From Auanema rhodensis (lineage: Eukaryota; Animalia; Nematoda): a stretch of DNA of 64,000 nucleotides. Positions 41,805-54,326 of the stretch are shown piece by piece; position 1 is the stretch's first letter; each line of letters opens with the position of its first letter. The stretch spans positions 11,966,001 through 12,030,000 of the forward strand of contig OZ059898.1 in assembly GCA_964057225.1 (NCBI GenBank). Direction: 5' to 3'. Position numbers and translations under genes: made by a program. The notes under the pieces were generated by a model, which saw nothing but the letters and a program-made list of their open reading frames with translations, had not been told where the DNA came from and ran no database searches.

Positions 41805-42476
41805 CGCAGTCTACAACTTCAGCTTGCTCCTAGAAATATGTTTTCAATATCTGAAACACTAAAAGGTGAACTAACGTATAATCTCTGTCTCTTTCTCAAG
41901 TAGTACTGCCACTGCAAGACTTGTTGATCCTCAATAAACTTAGCTGTGGCTCCTTAAAAATAAATTGAAGTAACGCTGGACACTTTACGAAATTACCTGC
42001 TTCTATAGCTTCACGGAACTCAGGTTCTTGAATGGCTTCGAGAAAATGAAGACACTGTGGATATTTGAGAGTTCTGAAATATGATGAATAATAATAAAAC
42101 TATTATGACTTTAAAAGGTAATTACAAACCTTGCGTATTCAGGTCTTTTCCAATATAATAAATATTTCAAATAATTAATGAAATATTCTTCTTTGAAATG
42201 TCCTCTTTGAGCCAAGTCTGTAAAAAAATTATTTTGAGCGTATTGTAATGAAACCTACAATTCAGGTAGTGGGGATTAGCTAAAGCTTGTACAAACTCGC
42301 ACTCAATTTCAAACCGTCTTCTTTGTTCCTCAGGAGGCTCTAGCTGAGCAGTAGAAACAGCTAAAACAATCAAATAATGATAATTTAAAATAAAACTTAC
42401 TCTGCCTGTAATCCAGTTTGAAAATGAGTAGAAGCTTACCAGCTCAACTGAATGAATCAGGAAATTAATATCACAT
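41740..42476 (-). CDS. mdt-31: Mediator subunit 31 (SOH1/MED31); start codon uncertain
   Basis: Contains RRRFEIECEFVQALANPHYLN-YLAQRGHFKEEYFINYLKYLLYWKRPEYAR-TLKYPQCLHFLEAIQ...KFIEDQQVLQWQYYLRKRQRLY. The last exon (41829-41740) ends EQDSPKSE*. Confidence 0.93.
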
Positions 42477-42645
42477 GATATAGGGAAATTAAAATATTAT
42501 TGGATATAATAGTAACCATTTGCTTTTAAATAAATATAATAATAAAAAGGATTTATTTGCATTCACAGGAAAATGAGATTCATTATGAGCAATAATAAAG
42601 TAGTGCATAGTCGTAATGTATGAAGACATCAAAAAAAAAGTGAGA

Positions 42646-45600
42646 TCAATATTCGACATCATCATCATCTTCCAAATTGTCGGAAGCTTGTTGATTTTTA
42701 ATTTGGTCTTGATTATTGTACATTGTGGCAACTTGATCAGCAGTAGTAGCATCTTCTCCTTTTTTATCATCTCTGAAAAATAAATAGAGATATCTCAAAA
42801 TTTTAGGCAAAATTTTACCTTATATGTAAAAAGCGAGGGAATCGAAGAGAGATACCTTTCTCCTTATCTACGAGACCTCTAGCAGCCAAATGTCTTGGAG
42901 AGATTGAAAGATCAGCACATTTGACCTAAAAAAAAATGTTTTGTTGATGAAAACCCACGCAGTTTGGCTATATTCCAAACTCCAAGACGAGCTCATTTTC
43001 AAATGCATTGTACCACATAACGGTTGTGCTAAGAAAAAAACCAAAACTGACCTCGAATACAACCTCTGGATCAAACCATACATCAGGTTTCAAAGTCTCG
43101 TCGTAAGCAAAATACGAACGGGGCTAAAAAATAATACTTACTTGAGCCATGAAACAAAACTAACTTTTTCTATAATATGTTTTGATAATATTTCATGTTG
43201 AACTTTCAAATCAGCATCAGAGAATCCTGTTCCTATCTTACAAATAGTTTGGTATTCTTCATTAGTTTGGTCATAACAAGCTAGGAGATAACCACCATAC
43301 ACTCCGGTACGTTTTCCTAAAACTAGACTGAAAAGAAGAAAAGCATATAAGGTCTACCTGTTCCAAAAAATGCACCGATAACTACCAAGTCAAGAGTATC
43401 GCCAACGCCATCAAGATAATCTTTCTTTAATTTCAACCAATTATGAGATCTCTTGGCTATTTCATATGAAGCATTTTCGTCTAAGGTTTTGACCATAAGA
43501 CCTTCACAGTTGCCCTGAAGTTAGTATATGAATGAAGAGGCATACATATATAATCAAGCCTTGATAGCTTCTTCTAAGAAAACATTAATTTCATCAGTAT
43601 CTGTTGAATCTAAATTAGTTGCAAAATGGAAAAGACCTTCAATCATCTGAAAAAAAAATTCAGTTACTTTTCATTTTGAAAAAAAACTCGCCTTGAAGTT
43701 ATCACGAAGGGTAGTTCTTCGTTGGCGGAATGATTTGGTTACCAAAGGTTCTCCATTGAAATACAGGAGATCGAAGAGAAAAACACATACTTTTACTTTA
43801 ATTTCAGATTCACCAGCATTCTGAACTTGGATTTTATTTAAAACTAGATACTTCCGAGTTTTCCGACCTTTCTTTTTCTTGTGGTTAAAACTTGGAAAGG
43901 AAGAATAGATTTTTTTTCTACATCCCAAGCAACAATTTCAGCATCAGCAATAAAGCTTTCAACCTGCTCAGACATGCATTGCCGAATCTAAACAATTTCT
44001 ATATCGCGATTCTCCCATAGAATAACTCACATTTTCGATTATATCTGGATACTTAGAAGTATTGTTTTCCTGGTTTCTACTGTAAATAAACACATCTCCA
44101 TTAGGACTCATGTGAATCTAGAAAATATATAATTATATGGAGCTACAGATGGTCTATTAATACCTGTCCTCTTTCGCCATCGTATTTCCACTCACATGCA
44201 AACTCAGCTTCTCCAAACCGTTTAGTAATTTCGGAAATTCCTTTTGTAGGATGGGCTAACATAGGCTTGAGTGGAACGCCTGAAACAACGATAAAAGATT
44301 TAATTTCAATATGTGAATATACCAGGAGTAAGTTTGCATTTTTCTGATATGTGATCAAGTCCCTCTTCAAGAGCAACTTTAAGAATCTTATCATAATTCG
44401 GACATTGGCTATACAAACAGACTAATTACGACATCAATAGTTGATTGAACATACCAATATGTTGTCTTCAATGTGAGCACATCCGAAGCTTTCATATCGT
44501 CAAGCTTAGCAGATGCAAGTTTCAAGCCTATTGAATAATTATACTAAAGAAAAATAATATATATGAATATACCTTCTTTACGTATCCTATGATTTGTGAA
44601 AGCATTACCCAACGCAACAAGTACACTTTGCTCAGCCAAACCAATTCTAAGTTTACCTTGAACAAAGAAATCTGATAACTTTTCAAATATATAAGGAATA
44701 CCTCCAAGCGAACGTACCAAGAAACGAGCTTCAGAATCACGGCATGCAACAATTAGTCCTTGAATCATTTGCACTTTTTTGTTCATAGCCTTAAGTTCAC
44801 AAAATATTTAAAATTAGTTTTAGCCTTACATTTGCTCCCGAAAGTTTTGCTATTTGAGTAAGCTTCGAGAAAACTGCTTGCACAGTTAAAGGTGCAGGTT
44901 TAAAAAGAGTTTTTTGGTTTGTTCGAGACTGCTGTGCAACAATACCCAAATCTCCTTTTATGTTCAGATCTTCTTTAATTTTATCCATGTTTCTTCCAGT
45001 TGCTAATCCTACTGCCTGGAATGAACTATCTCCTATCCAAAATTTGAAAACTGTTACTTTGATTAAAGAATTTTCGGCGATTCCCAACTCCAATCCTTCG
45101 TATGCAGGACCCAATTGATTCACACAAAGATACACACAAGCTGCCAAATCTTGCGGTGATAAAGTCATAACTTTACCAAAAAACTTAGCGAGAATTTCAA
45201 TAATTTTGAGCCTAAAATTTCATAAAACAAAGAACGACTAATACTTAAATACCTTGAGCTTTCATCTTCAATTTTTTCAAGAGTTTTGGAAAATGCCAGA
45301 TATGGAACTCTACAATGAACAATTTCGTCAACATTTAGAAAAAATAACCAACTTGTCTCCCTCATTCCATTCTAGTTCTTTGTCAACATTTGTTTTTGAA
45401 GCAAACATAACTTTAACTTTTTTAGGTTTAGCAAGTTTAGTTGTTGTTAACTGAAATAAAGCTTAACAGAATTTAATGAATGCACACACTGCACTTGAGA
45501 ATCTGCTGTGATTTTTTTCTTAGCAGAAGGAAAATGAGAAATATGTAGTTCTTGCAGGCAAAAAAAAGAACCAAGGTGATATCTTGGCCTTATATAAGGC

Positions 45601-45795
45601 AACAATCTTTGAAATATGATCTGTAATAATTAACATAACATTTATAATAAAGAATTGCGAATATAGGACAACAGAAATTTTATGAAACCAGTGTTCCGTG
45701 GTCGAATAATGAATCAAATATCTTTTAGTATTTTAAACTATCTAATTAGCATACATATACTTAAATAATGCATTTAAAAATGTCATTTGAACCAT
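42646..45795 (-). CDS. lig-1: DNA ligase I (ATP-dependent); 5' exons uncertain
   Basis: Contains [37 protein letters not shown], active-site motif [44 protein letters not shown] and SLRFPRF. It ends DDDDVEY* (TGA at 42648-42646). A certain in-frame ATG (MFASKT) is at ~45408; a further upstream in-frame extension is inferred. Confidence 0.95.
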
Positions 45796-46201
45796 GTAAA
45801 AGATATTTGAAGAACGCGGGGAAATATCCCCTTTTACGTATTTTTCGATACCGTATAATGTAAATGTAGAAGCATAAATTCTTTTAGAATACTGATAGAA
45901 TTAATCAAAATATCAAAAACAAATAGTGATTCGGATATTATACAAATTGAATTGTGAAAGTTTATGAAAGGTTATATTGAAGCAGAATACATAATAATAT
46001 TTATTTAATTTTACAGTGCTTAGTGTTCTATTTCCGAATCCGGAATTATTTATTCCCGTTCTTGGTATTACAACCATGAAAATACGGATTTCTTAATCTT
46101 ATTGCACTTTTTTTTTAGAAAACAGAATAATTTTTTATTCATTAAAACAATTTAAAAGTTTCATTCAATACCAGTATTGGAAACAAATACTATATGTTAT
46201 A

Positions 46202-47913
46202 CTATAATAGCAAGCTTATAAAGCATATATACATAAACTGAAAACAATATCTTGATGAGTTATCTATGATTTTCGACATTGGGGACATTTGACGATGAAT
46301 AATAACTTCTTGTGATGTACTAGAAACAGTTGAAGCCGTTGATGGTATGTCACCCAACCATCTTGGACGTGGTGATGGCCTAACAGAAGTTAACTCAATT
46401 ACAATGTCTTCACCCTCTTCGCTTTCTTCATCTTCTTCTCTATCATCTTTCAATTCTTCAAAATAAGGATCTTCAATGTACGCTGAGCCCAGTTCGTTCG
46501 AGATTGTTGCGACAGCGTCATGTTCGGTCAGAAGAGGAACAGAAGTAGTTCCCGAACTAGTTAAAGTCGTTGTTGCCGTGGTAAGCTGTTCGAGTTCACT
46601 ATTGCGTGTTTCAACCGCTTTAGGATTCTTTATGTACAACGAATCGTAAGTGCTTTCTCCATCATTCTGAAATGAAAATTTGAAGTTACTTTGTCTTTAA
46701 ACAACAAAGATTCAAACTTTTTGGTCGCTTTCGCTGTCCTCGTCGTCATATTCAAAATGGCGAAGACGATGCCTTCTAAAACCAATAGAGCACTTTGATG
46801 GAATTTTAAAATGATTAGCATTCATTTTCAATAACGTTTCGAACGTTTTCATCAGAGATTCATCCATTCTTTCTTTAATCTGAAGAGAAAAACAAATTAC
46901 TAAGTGGATCATTCCAAAGTTCTAACCTCTAGAGCGTCCGATGTACAGTTATGTGGCTGACTAGTATAGCATTTTCGATAATTCTCCAAAAGCCTTAAGA
47001 ACAAACGTAAAAAATTACAGTTCTGTGTTATATACCTGCAGATTTCATTAAAATTTGATGCATAGGAAACTGTAACTTCTTCACAATTTTCTTGAACTTT
47101 TCGTAAATGATCACGCTCGCAGCTAAAATAATTCACGACGGCTGAAAAAGATGTTAAAGCTTTTTTTGGATGAAAATATAGAATCTACCATACCTTTGCT
47201 TGGTTTTCTTAAAAGCGCACAATAATCGCTGAAGTGATATAATGAAGATAAAATAGCAGACTTTTGGAAGGATGACGGACATTTCTTTAGACAGGAATCC
47301 AATCCTGTTACACTACTGCAATTCATATACCTCAGTTTATTATTGAAAAACACGTTAGGCTTACAAGCAAGTCCATTTAGCTTTACGATATAAGATTTGA
47401 GCATCTTCTTCCGTTCTCATAATTTCATGAAACGGAGCCCTGAGTGCATTAACTTGACGAGTTCCTAATATTGAATACAGAGAATGATAAAATGCCGTTG
47501 TACAAGATGATGGACATGATCGGAAAGCCCCCGTAAGAGATATAACTGAAATTTCTTAAGAATATTGTTAAAAAACAAGCATCGCTGTTGAATTCTTTCT
47601 ATTCGTATTGAAGGTAATATTGATTTTGTAGCTTTAAAAAACTTATTTAGGCATAAGTCAATGTTTTTAGGTTCTTATAAGTAGAAGCAACTTAACAGTT
47701 TACGCTCTAGTGCCTCTTTTGACCAATAAATTTCTTTTTTTTTCTCAAATTTGAAATATAAATGTCATATGGATTATGTTTTCAAAACATATGAATTCAG
47801 TTGGAGATTTCCGTTACAAAATAAAAAATTAAATTAGTATAAAATTAATTTTTAAAAAGAACACTTGGACATAATGTACCTGAAAATATCCAAAAGGATG
47901 CTAAATGTTTCAT
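46202..47913 (-). CDS. Secreted Cys-rich (CPG4-domain-like) protein with acidic/Thr-rich stalk and probable GPI signal
   Basis: Signal peptide MKHLASFWIFSVISLTGA is followed by Cys-rich helical segments (CPSSC, CLKKCPSS, FSCERDHLRKVQENC, YRKCYTSQPHNC) and an acidic Thr/Ser-rich region. The C-terminus is DNSS plus hydrophobic YCFQFMYICFISLLL*. Confidence 0.7.
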
Positions 47914-50900
47914 CTTCGTATTTCTGAATGCTTCGTTAACATTCGTAAGCCATTGAACATTTATCTAAAAAAATATAAAAAATAAGTTTTACTATGCATA
48001 ATGCTCTCTCCTATATCGAATCCAAAGAAACGATGAAACATGACTGGTAATGAAAAAAGTACAAAAATCAGAAGAAAAACTGAAGATAGAAAAACAAAAA
48101 AGACTTTGCAGACAATCAAATTTTATTTCCAGCATTATTGAGCCTTTTTAGAGATATCGAGAAATCCTTTTTCGGCTAACGAATCGGAATAAATGGTGTG
48201 AAAGAGAAAACGAAAGAGCACATGCAATAAGCGCAATATTTATGAAGTGTTGGGAGTAAAAAATTGAAAATGATCATGCTTCTTTATGATTTTTAACCAT
48301 TTTAAGCCTTTATTGGCATAAAGTGTGAATTTAAAATGAATATGCTCAAAGAAACATGCTTCATTAGTTGATTTTAATGAAGAAGCTTCGAACTCAGAGA
48401 TGGGCCAAATTTGGAATAGACTTAGAGAAAGAAAGAAAAGAAAAGGATAAGAAGGCACAAGATGTTTTTTGTCTTGCATGAATATAACTGCTACTCAAAT
48501 TCAAAGTTAACAAGTACATTTTAACTGCTCATCGATGAGAAATATTGAATAGACCGGCTGGGAGATCTTAGAACTTTTTCGCATAAAAAAAAATATTTCA
48601 GTTAAGTTTGAAGAGCACAAACATGAAGGAATAGCTAGTAACCGACCACGTGCATAGATGAAGTTATTGTTTTCTTTTAAGCCGACAAACGAGGAAATAG
48701 TATGAAAACAGGTGGAACTGCATAATTATGCTTTTCAAAAGTTTTTTTTCTTCTTTTTTTTTCATGTTATTTCTGAAAAAACGTAAATCTAAAATCTTTA
48801 GCTGGACAAAATTGCCTTGAAAGTAAGTTTATTTAGGATAAACCAAAATAAAGGACCATATAAGGATTAGAATGTGAAAGGGATGTGAGCTTGTGAGCAT
48901 GATATAGGTGGGCTATAGATTTATAAATATATTAGTTTCATATTCTTTTCATGGATGATTTTTGCGGTTTTATAATAGTATAAATCATAAACTTAGCTGG
49001 ATGCAATAGAAAATAGCTAATTTTATTTGTATATCAACGACAAAGTAGAAATGCCTCCTGTTGATGAACAAAAACAATGTACCAGCACATTGAATAGCAG
49101 AATAATTATTTTTTCGTTTTCACTCGACAAATTTTTTTGGATCCGAGACAGACTACGTTGATTTCATTTCTCTACGTGAACATGACGTAGCAGAATTTCA
49201 CGTGAGCAGAAACCAAAAGTTTTTTTTTTCAAAATGTGATGGTTGGCAACCGGCTGTGCTTTTAGGTAAATCAAATATTTTATAAGTTATATGTTTGTTG
49301 CTAGAAAGAGATGATTAAAGCAATGATGCGAATAATGTGAAGAGAATCTGTGGTTTTTGTAAAAAAAATCGTGGATGAAGTGAGCAGAAATATAAAGTTT
49401 TTACATAATGTTGACACAGAATATACGAAAACCATGCAAATATTTCAAAAAAACAGTAAAAAATGAAAAGTTTGTTGCTAAGTTTAGGATATTATATATG
49501 TGCAAAACTTGAAAAAACATATAAGCTGTAGATAGATGAAATTCAAATATATGTATAATACATATAGTTTATAATATCTGTAGACATAAAGTTCGAAATC
49601 GATGAAAAGAGTTATAAAAAATGAAAGAAAACTAATGATATTAGACTAATTCTCGTTAGTAAGATAATGGAGTAAGATCTTTTGTTGAAAAATTTATTTG
49701 CGGAAGTTGAAGTTTTTGCTTCTTAACATTGAATCAAAACGCATTTCTACAGCAGCTTGATGCTGGGTCCTCATTTCGTTAACTTGCAAACCAAAACAGT
49801 TGCTGGTCATGAATTATAAATTAGCTAAAGATGATCAAAAATGGAGCGTAGTCAGAGATAAAACAGACATGAGTGCCAAAAAAAAGAAAATGAAAAGAAT
49901 GTGTCAGTTTGAATTTTCTCATAATTCAACTTGATTTGCTCTCAAATTATTTTATATTCCAACGACTATAGATCTATTGAAAAATGCTCTAACGTAGAGA
50001 ATCTGCATACCTATGCGGGCTTATTGCGAGCTTAGCTTATTGCTACGCCTCCACCTACACCTACATGAACGAAAGCGATTTTCAATAGAATAATATTTCA
50101 AATTGTTGAAACCAGGTTTGCCAACTTCAAAGGTTTATTATTAGTAAAAGAAGTCAAACTGAGTGAAGTATTTGTTGCGAAAAGGGATGATTTAGCTAAA
50201 TTCATGAACAAATAAGGAAATTGCCAAGCTGAAAGTACAGCTAGTATGAACAAGTAAAACTGGCAAACGACTAATGAGCAAGTAACTTGAACATATAGTC
50301 ACATTCACAGTGAAAACTAAGCAGACGAAGTAGATATCTTCCAATTACGTACATCTGTTAAATATAAAAATCTATTAAAATCGTGAACATTGAAAGAACA
50401 AAAAGAAATATTGTAAAGTTCACGTTGCTGTCAACGCTGGCTTCGTAAAACATAACAACATTTTGGAATATTTGATAGATGGCATTCGAAGTTGTCACGA
50501 AAGCAGAAATAAACTATTGAAATTCGGAAAAAAATAATCAAAACCCAAAATGATGATGGCAAAACAACTATGTACATGCATATATATGCTGCCTGTCTAT
50601 CTGTCTATTCAATGGACATATGAAAGATAGAAATTCAGACAAAGCTTTGATTAGGCGAAGCAGATACTTGGAAAAATGAAAGTTATTCCCATCACATGCT
50701 ATAAGAGTTATCGCGAACTTGCTGAAGCTATCGGTTTTCTTTGGGAAACTTTTGCTGTACTGACTATAAGGCAACTAAAACTTCAGTATAACTTAGATTT
50801 TCTTTCCACCTCCATTTTCTTTCTTTTCTTACACTCATACTTAGTGATACTATTTCCATCACTACTTCCCTCCATTTCTCTCTCTCTCTTGAGATATGGA

Positions 50901-53318
50901 GAGAAGGGGTGTGAGGGAGACTCTCCCGGAAGCACATTTCTGCTTTCTGTGGATAGCTAGCATCAACTCTCCCACATAAGAGCATTTCCTCTCACATGGC
51001 GGATAGTTTAATGAATCTTGAAAGAGAAGAGAAATAGGCATACCATAAGTGGCGAGAACGAGGTCGAGAAAATGGAAGATGCAATACGAGCATGTTAGAG
51101 AGACAGAAAGTTAAGAAGGAAAAGGAACGACACGGATGGAAAGGAATATATTACTCATGTACAATGAGTGTCTAGAAGACATATAGCGGCTTAGAAGTAG
51201 CGGAAAATAGTTATTTTACTTGACTTTAGTGTTATTACATAGATTGCTCGAGGAGACTGGTGAACTTAAACGGCTGTCCTCATGTGGTGTGCATTAAATT
51301 CATTTTTCCGCAGATTTCAACAAAGGAGGAAAGGAAAACAAATCTGAAAGTTCTTCATTGAATTATAGAAGTGGGTACAATACATGAGAAAAATCATAGT
51401 TGTTGTATGATAATTGCAAGAGTTTTGAGGCCAGAAATGCTACTGTTCTTTAATTTGAAAGCTCACAGGATAAAAGTTTTTCATTCAAAACATCAGCATA
51501 TTTTTCAAAAGAAATTTTCTCTTCTCTATTCTGATTCCGTTTTAGTGATGAAATTAACTAAGAATTTACAACTATAACATGAACAAAGTAACAGAGTTAG
51601 ATGGCAAAATTGGAGTCTAACTTTGTCCGAAGTGGTATAAGCAATATTTTTTTTGTTTTTAATAGTTTCTTTGACTCATTAAGATAATGTGAAAACAGCA
51701 AAAGCATAGATATAAGCAAAAGTTGAATTGTTTAATTTAATAATTTAATATTACTAAAGTATAAATTTGGTTGTTATATTATATGTTTTATATATACATA
51801 TATGATGAATTTTGAAATATAACACCTTCTTTCGTCGTCGTTTCCTCCATGATCATCATCTCCAATATCGAGATTCATGTCCCCTTACCCCTCCTTATCT
51901 GGTTATTTGTAAATTATCATTTACAACATCTGATTTGATGTTTTAAACTCAAAACGTTTTTTTTTGAAACAGAGAAAGTAAGTGAAAAGAGAAAAATTGT
52001 TGTTTTTCGCACCTTTCGACTAAAAATTTTCCTATATTATAAATATTATTTCTGATTTCGAAATGCTTTTTCACAGGAAGTTAGTTTTTTCTTAATTTTT
52101 TGATTCGTTGAACTCTATTGATTGAAAAGAAACATTTATATATACATAAATAGATGATATTGTTTTCATAACGCTTACATCAATAGTACATTAAGTATAT
52201 TCTTGGAAAAAAATTTAGATATTGTTTATACTAATGCTGAATCTCTGAATGCTTTATACAAATAATTTCTTTTTCCGGGCACTATTTTCAATTTCATGCG
52301 TTAAAGCTCGCCAACCGGTTGAACCACATCTCATTGTAAAATAAATGTTTTAGACGAAAAAGCATATTTTTTATTAAAAAAAATATGATCTTTTTAAAGT
52401 TTGTTTTATTTGTATAATAGTCATTTGAAATGCATTTGTAACTACTTATTCATTCAATTATCCTGCCTCACCAATTTATATTTGTAAGCTTCTTCTATAT
52501 TACTTACTTAACAGTTCATGAAAGTATGTTTTTTCTTTCTCAACAAATACTTAGTTTAATTTATTTTTATGTTTACGTATAAATGTTTATTCCATACAAT
52601 AATTGTTGATGTTCCCTATACTTCTTATTAAAAAATACTTTTGTTTGAAAAGTAGCACAAAAACGTTTTGTTCGATTCACGAGAAATTCGGTCCGAAACT
52701 ACGTCATCTGTACCTGCTCACCCACTCGAAAAATTCTCTGGTTGTGGTTCTTAGAAGAAACTCTTGTTCTCCCACTTTTCTGGATTATCAATTAAGCCTA
52801 CATTTTAGCAGCATACAATTAGCAATGCTGCATCATTTTTGCAATTTTTTTTTTTTGAAAAAAAAAGATCTCAATGACGCTTAATTGTTTTCAAGTTTAG
52901 GAAGATACTTTTCTTTTATTTATCTTTTCCCCTATGATGTTGTTGCCAAAGTAAATGTTGCTTGAGGGTCTTCTGCTTAAAATACGAAATTCTTAATTGC
53001 CCTCAGCTATTAGTCGAGTACTTCGACGACCCTATTATCTTTAGAAGAGAATTTGTTTCCTTTCAAGATTTCTACTAATCTTGTGATTCATGTCCATTCT
53101 GACGTGTAGACATTTGAACTTCTTCTCTTCATTTCAATATAAAATCATTTTTCTTCGTGATGAGCTGAGTTGATTTTAGCACGTATACTGGATGCTTTCT
53201 GTTTCCGTTGGGCCGTGCTTCTTGGTTTAATTCATTTTCGTCTCAACTTAAGTTACAAACACAGGCCATTATTCGCTGACCAGCTTCTTCTGTACATACA
53301 ATATTATAATTATTCTTT

Positions 53319-54326
53319 ATGTCATCATCACGACGTCGATCTGAAACATTAATAAAGCCTGGATCTGAGAGCTCGTTCGATGCTGACGAAATAACTCCCA
53401 AGTACAATGAGGCAGAAGTTAAATATGTCTTTAGTTTTAAACTCATTGTAAGTTTTTTTTCCAATATATCTCAATTAATATTTTTTTTGTTATTTCAGAA
53501 TGCTATCCGAGTTGCCATCTCATTGACTATATTAATAAACATTGTATACTTTACTTACATACTGAAGGGTATCACCACTGAAATATGAACAGAATATTCA
53601 TGTATTTCAGGATGTGGGCTAAGACTTCTAGATTTTCTAATTACCTTTCTAGTGTTTACTTCTGGAGTTCTTGCTGCCTTCTTCATGGTTATAACTACCC
53701 AACTCCGATCACCATTATCAATTAGACCGTTTATGCTGTATCATGTATGTTAATTATAAGCTGCCTTCATGAAACTTTAAAAGTTGATCTAAATGAATAT
53801 CTTTCAGGCTTCTTCGCTGCTAATAGTATTAATTATTGCTGTTGTCTATATCTTATACGTGCTCAATACGGAATATGTGATTCGTATTCTATCTAAAATA
53901 CAACACATCTCTTCTCTTATTTCAAATATCCTAACATACGGCAAGGCTTTTTATTCGTTCCTCCACACATTTTTATATTTTCAGATTTCACAGGCCGCTT
54001 TCTTCTCGGGTTTCTTCTTTTTGCTTCAATTGCAGCACATTCTTTGTGCCTTCATGTATCCTTTACTTATTATGCTTCTCTTAATTGCTTCCTCAAATTA
54101 CATACTAGTAATGTAACTTTTGTCTAATTAAGAAGAAATCCTTCCTTGTTCCAATATCACAAACCAAACATATCATGAAGATAATAGACTATGCATATAT
54201 TAGATATTTGAAAAATGAAGTTAAAATTATGCTATTTGTGAATGTGTTTCAGTCCCTATAATCATTCAGCGAACATACAAAACAGATTTTATGCCATCAG
54301 AAGTTAAGGAACTTGGATTTAACTAG
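53319..54326 (+). CDS. Uncharacterised multi-pass (about 4 TM) membrane protein
   Basis: The spliced ORF runs MSSSRRRSETL...NAIRVAISLTILINIVYFTYILK|GCGLRLLDFLITFLVFTSGVLAAFFMV...ASSLLIVLIIAVVYILYVL...FLLGFLLFASIAAHSLCL...MPSEVKELGFN*. One junction needs a GC donor at 53941, and the 3' structure is less certain. Confidence 0.65.
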
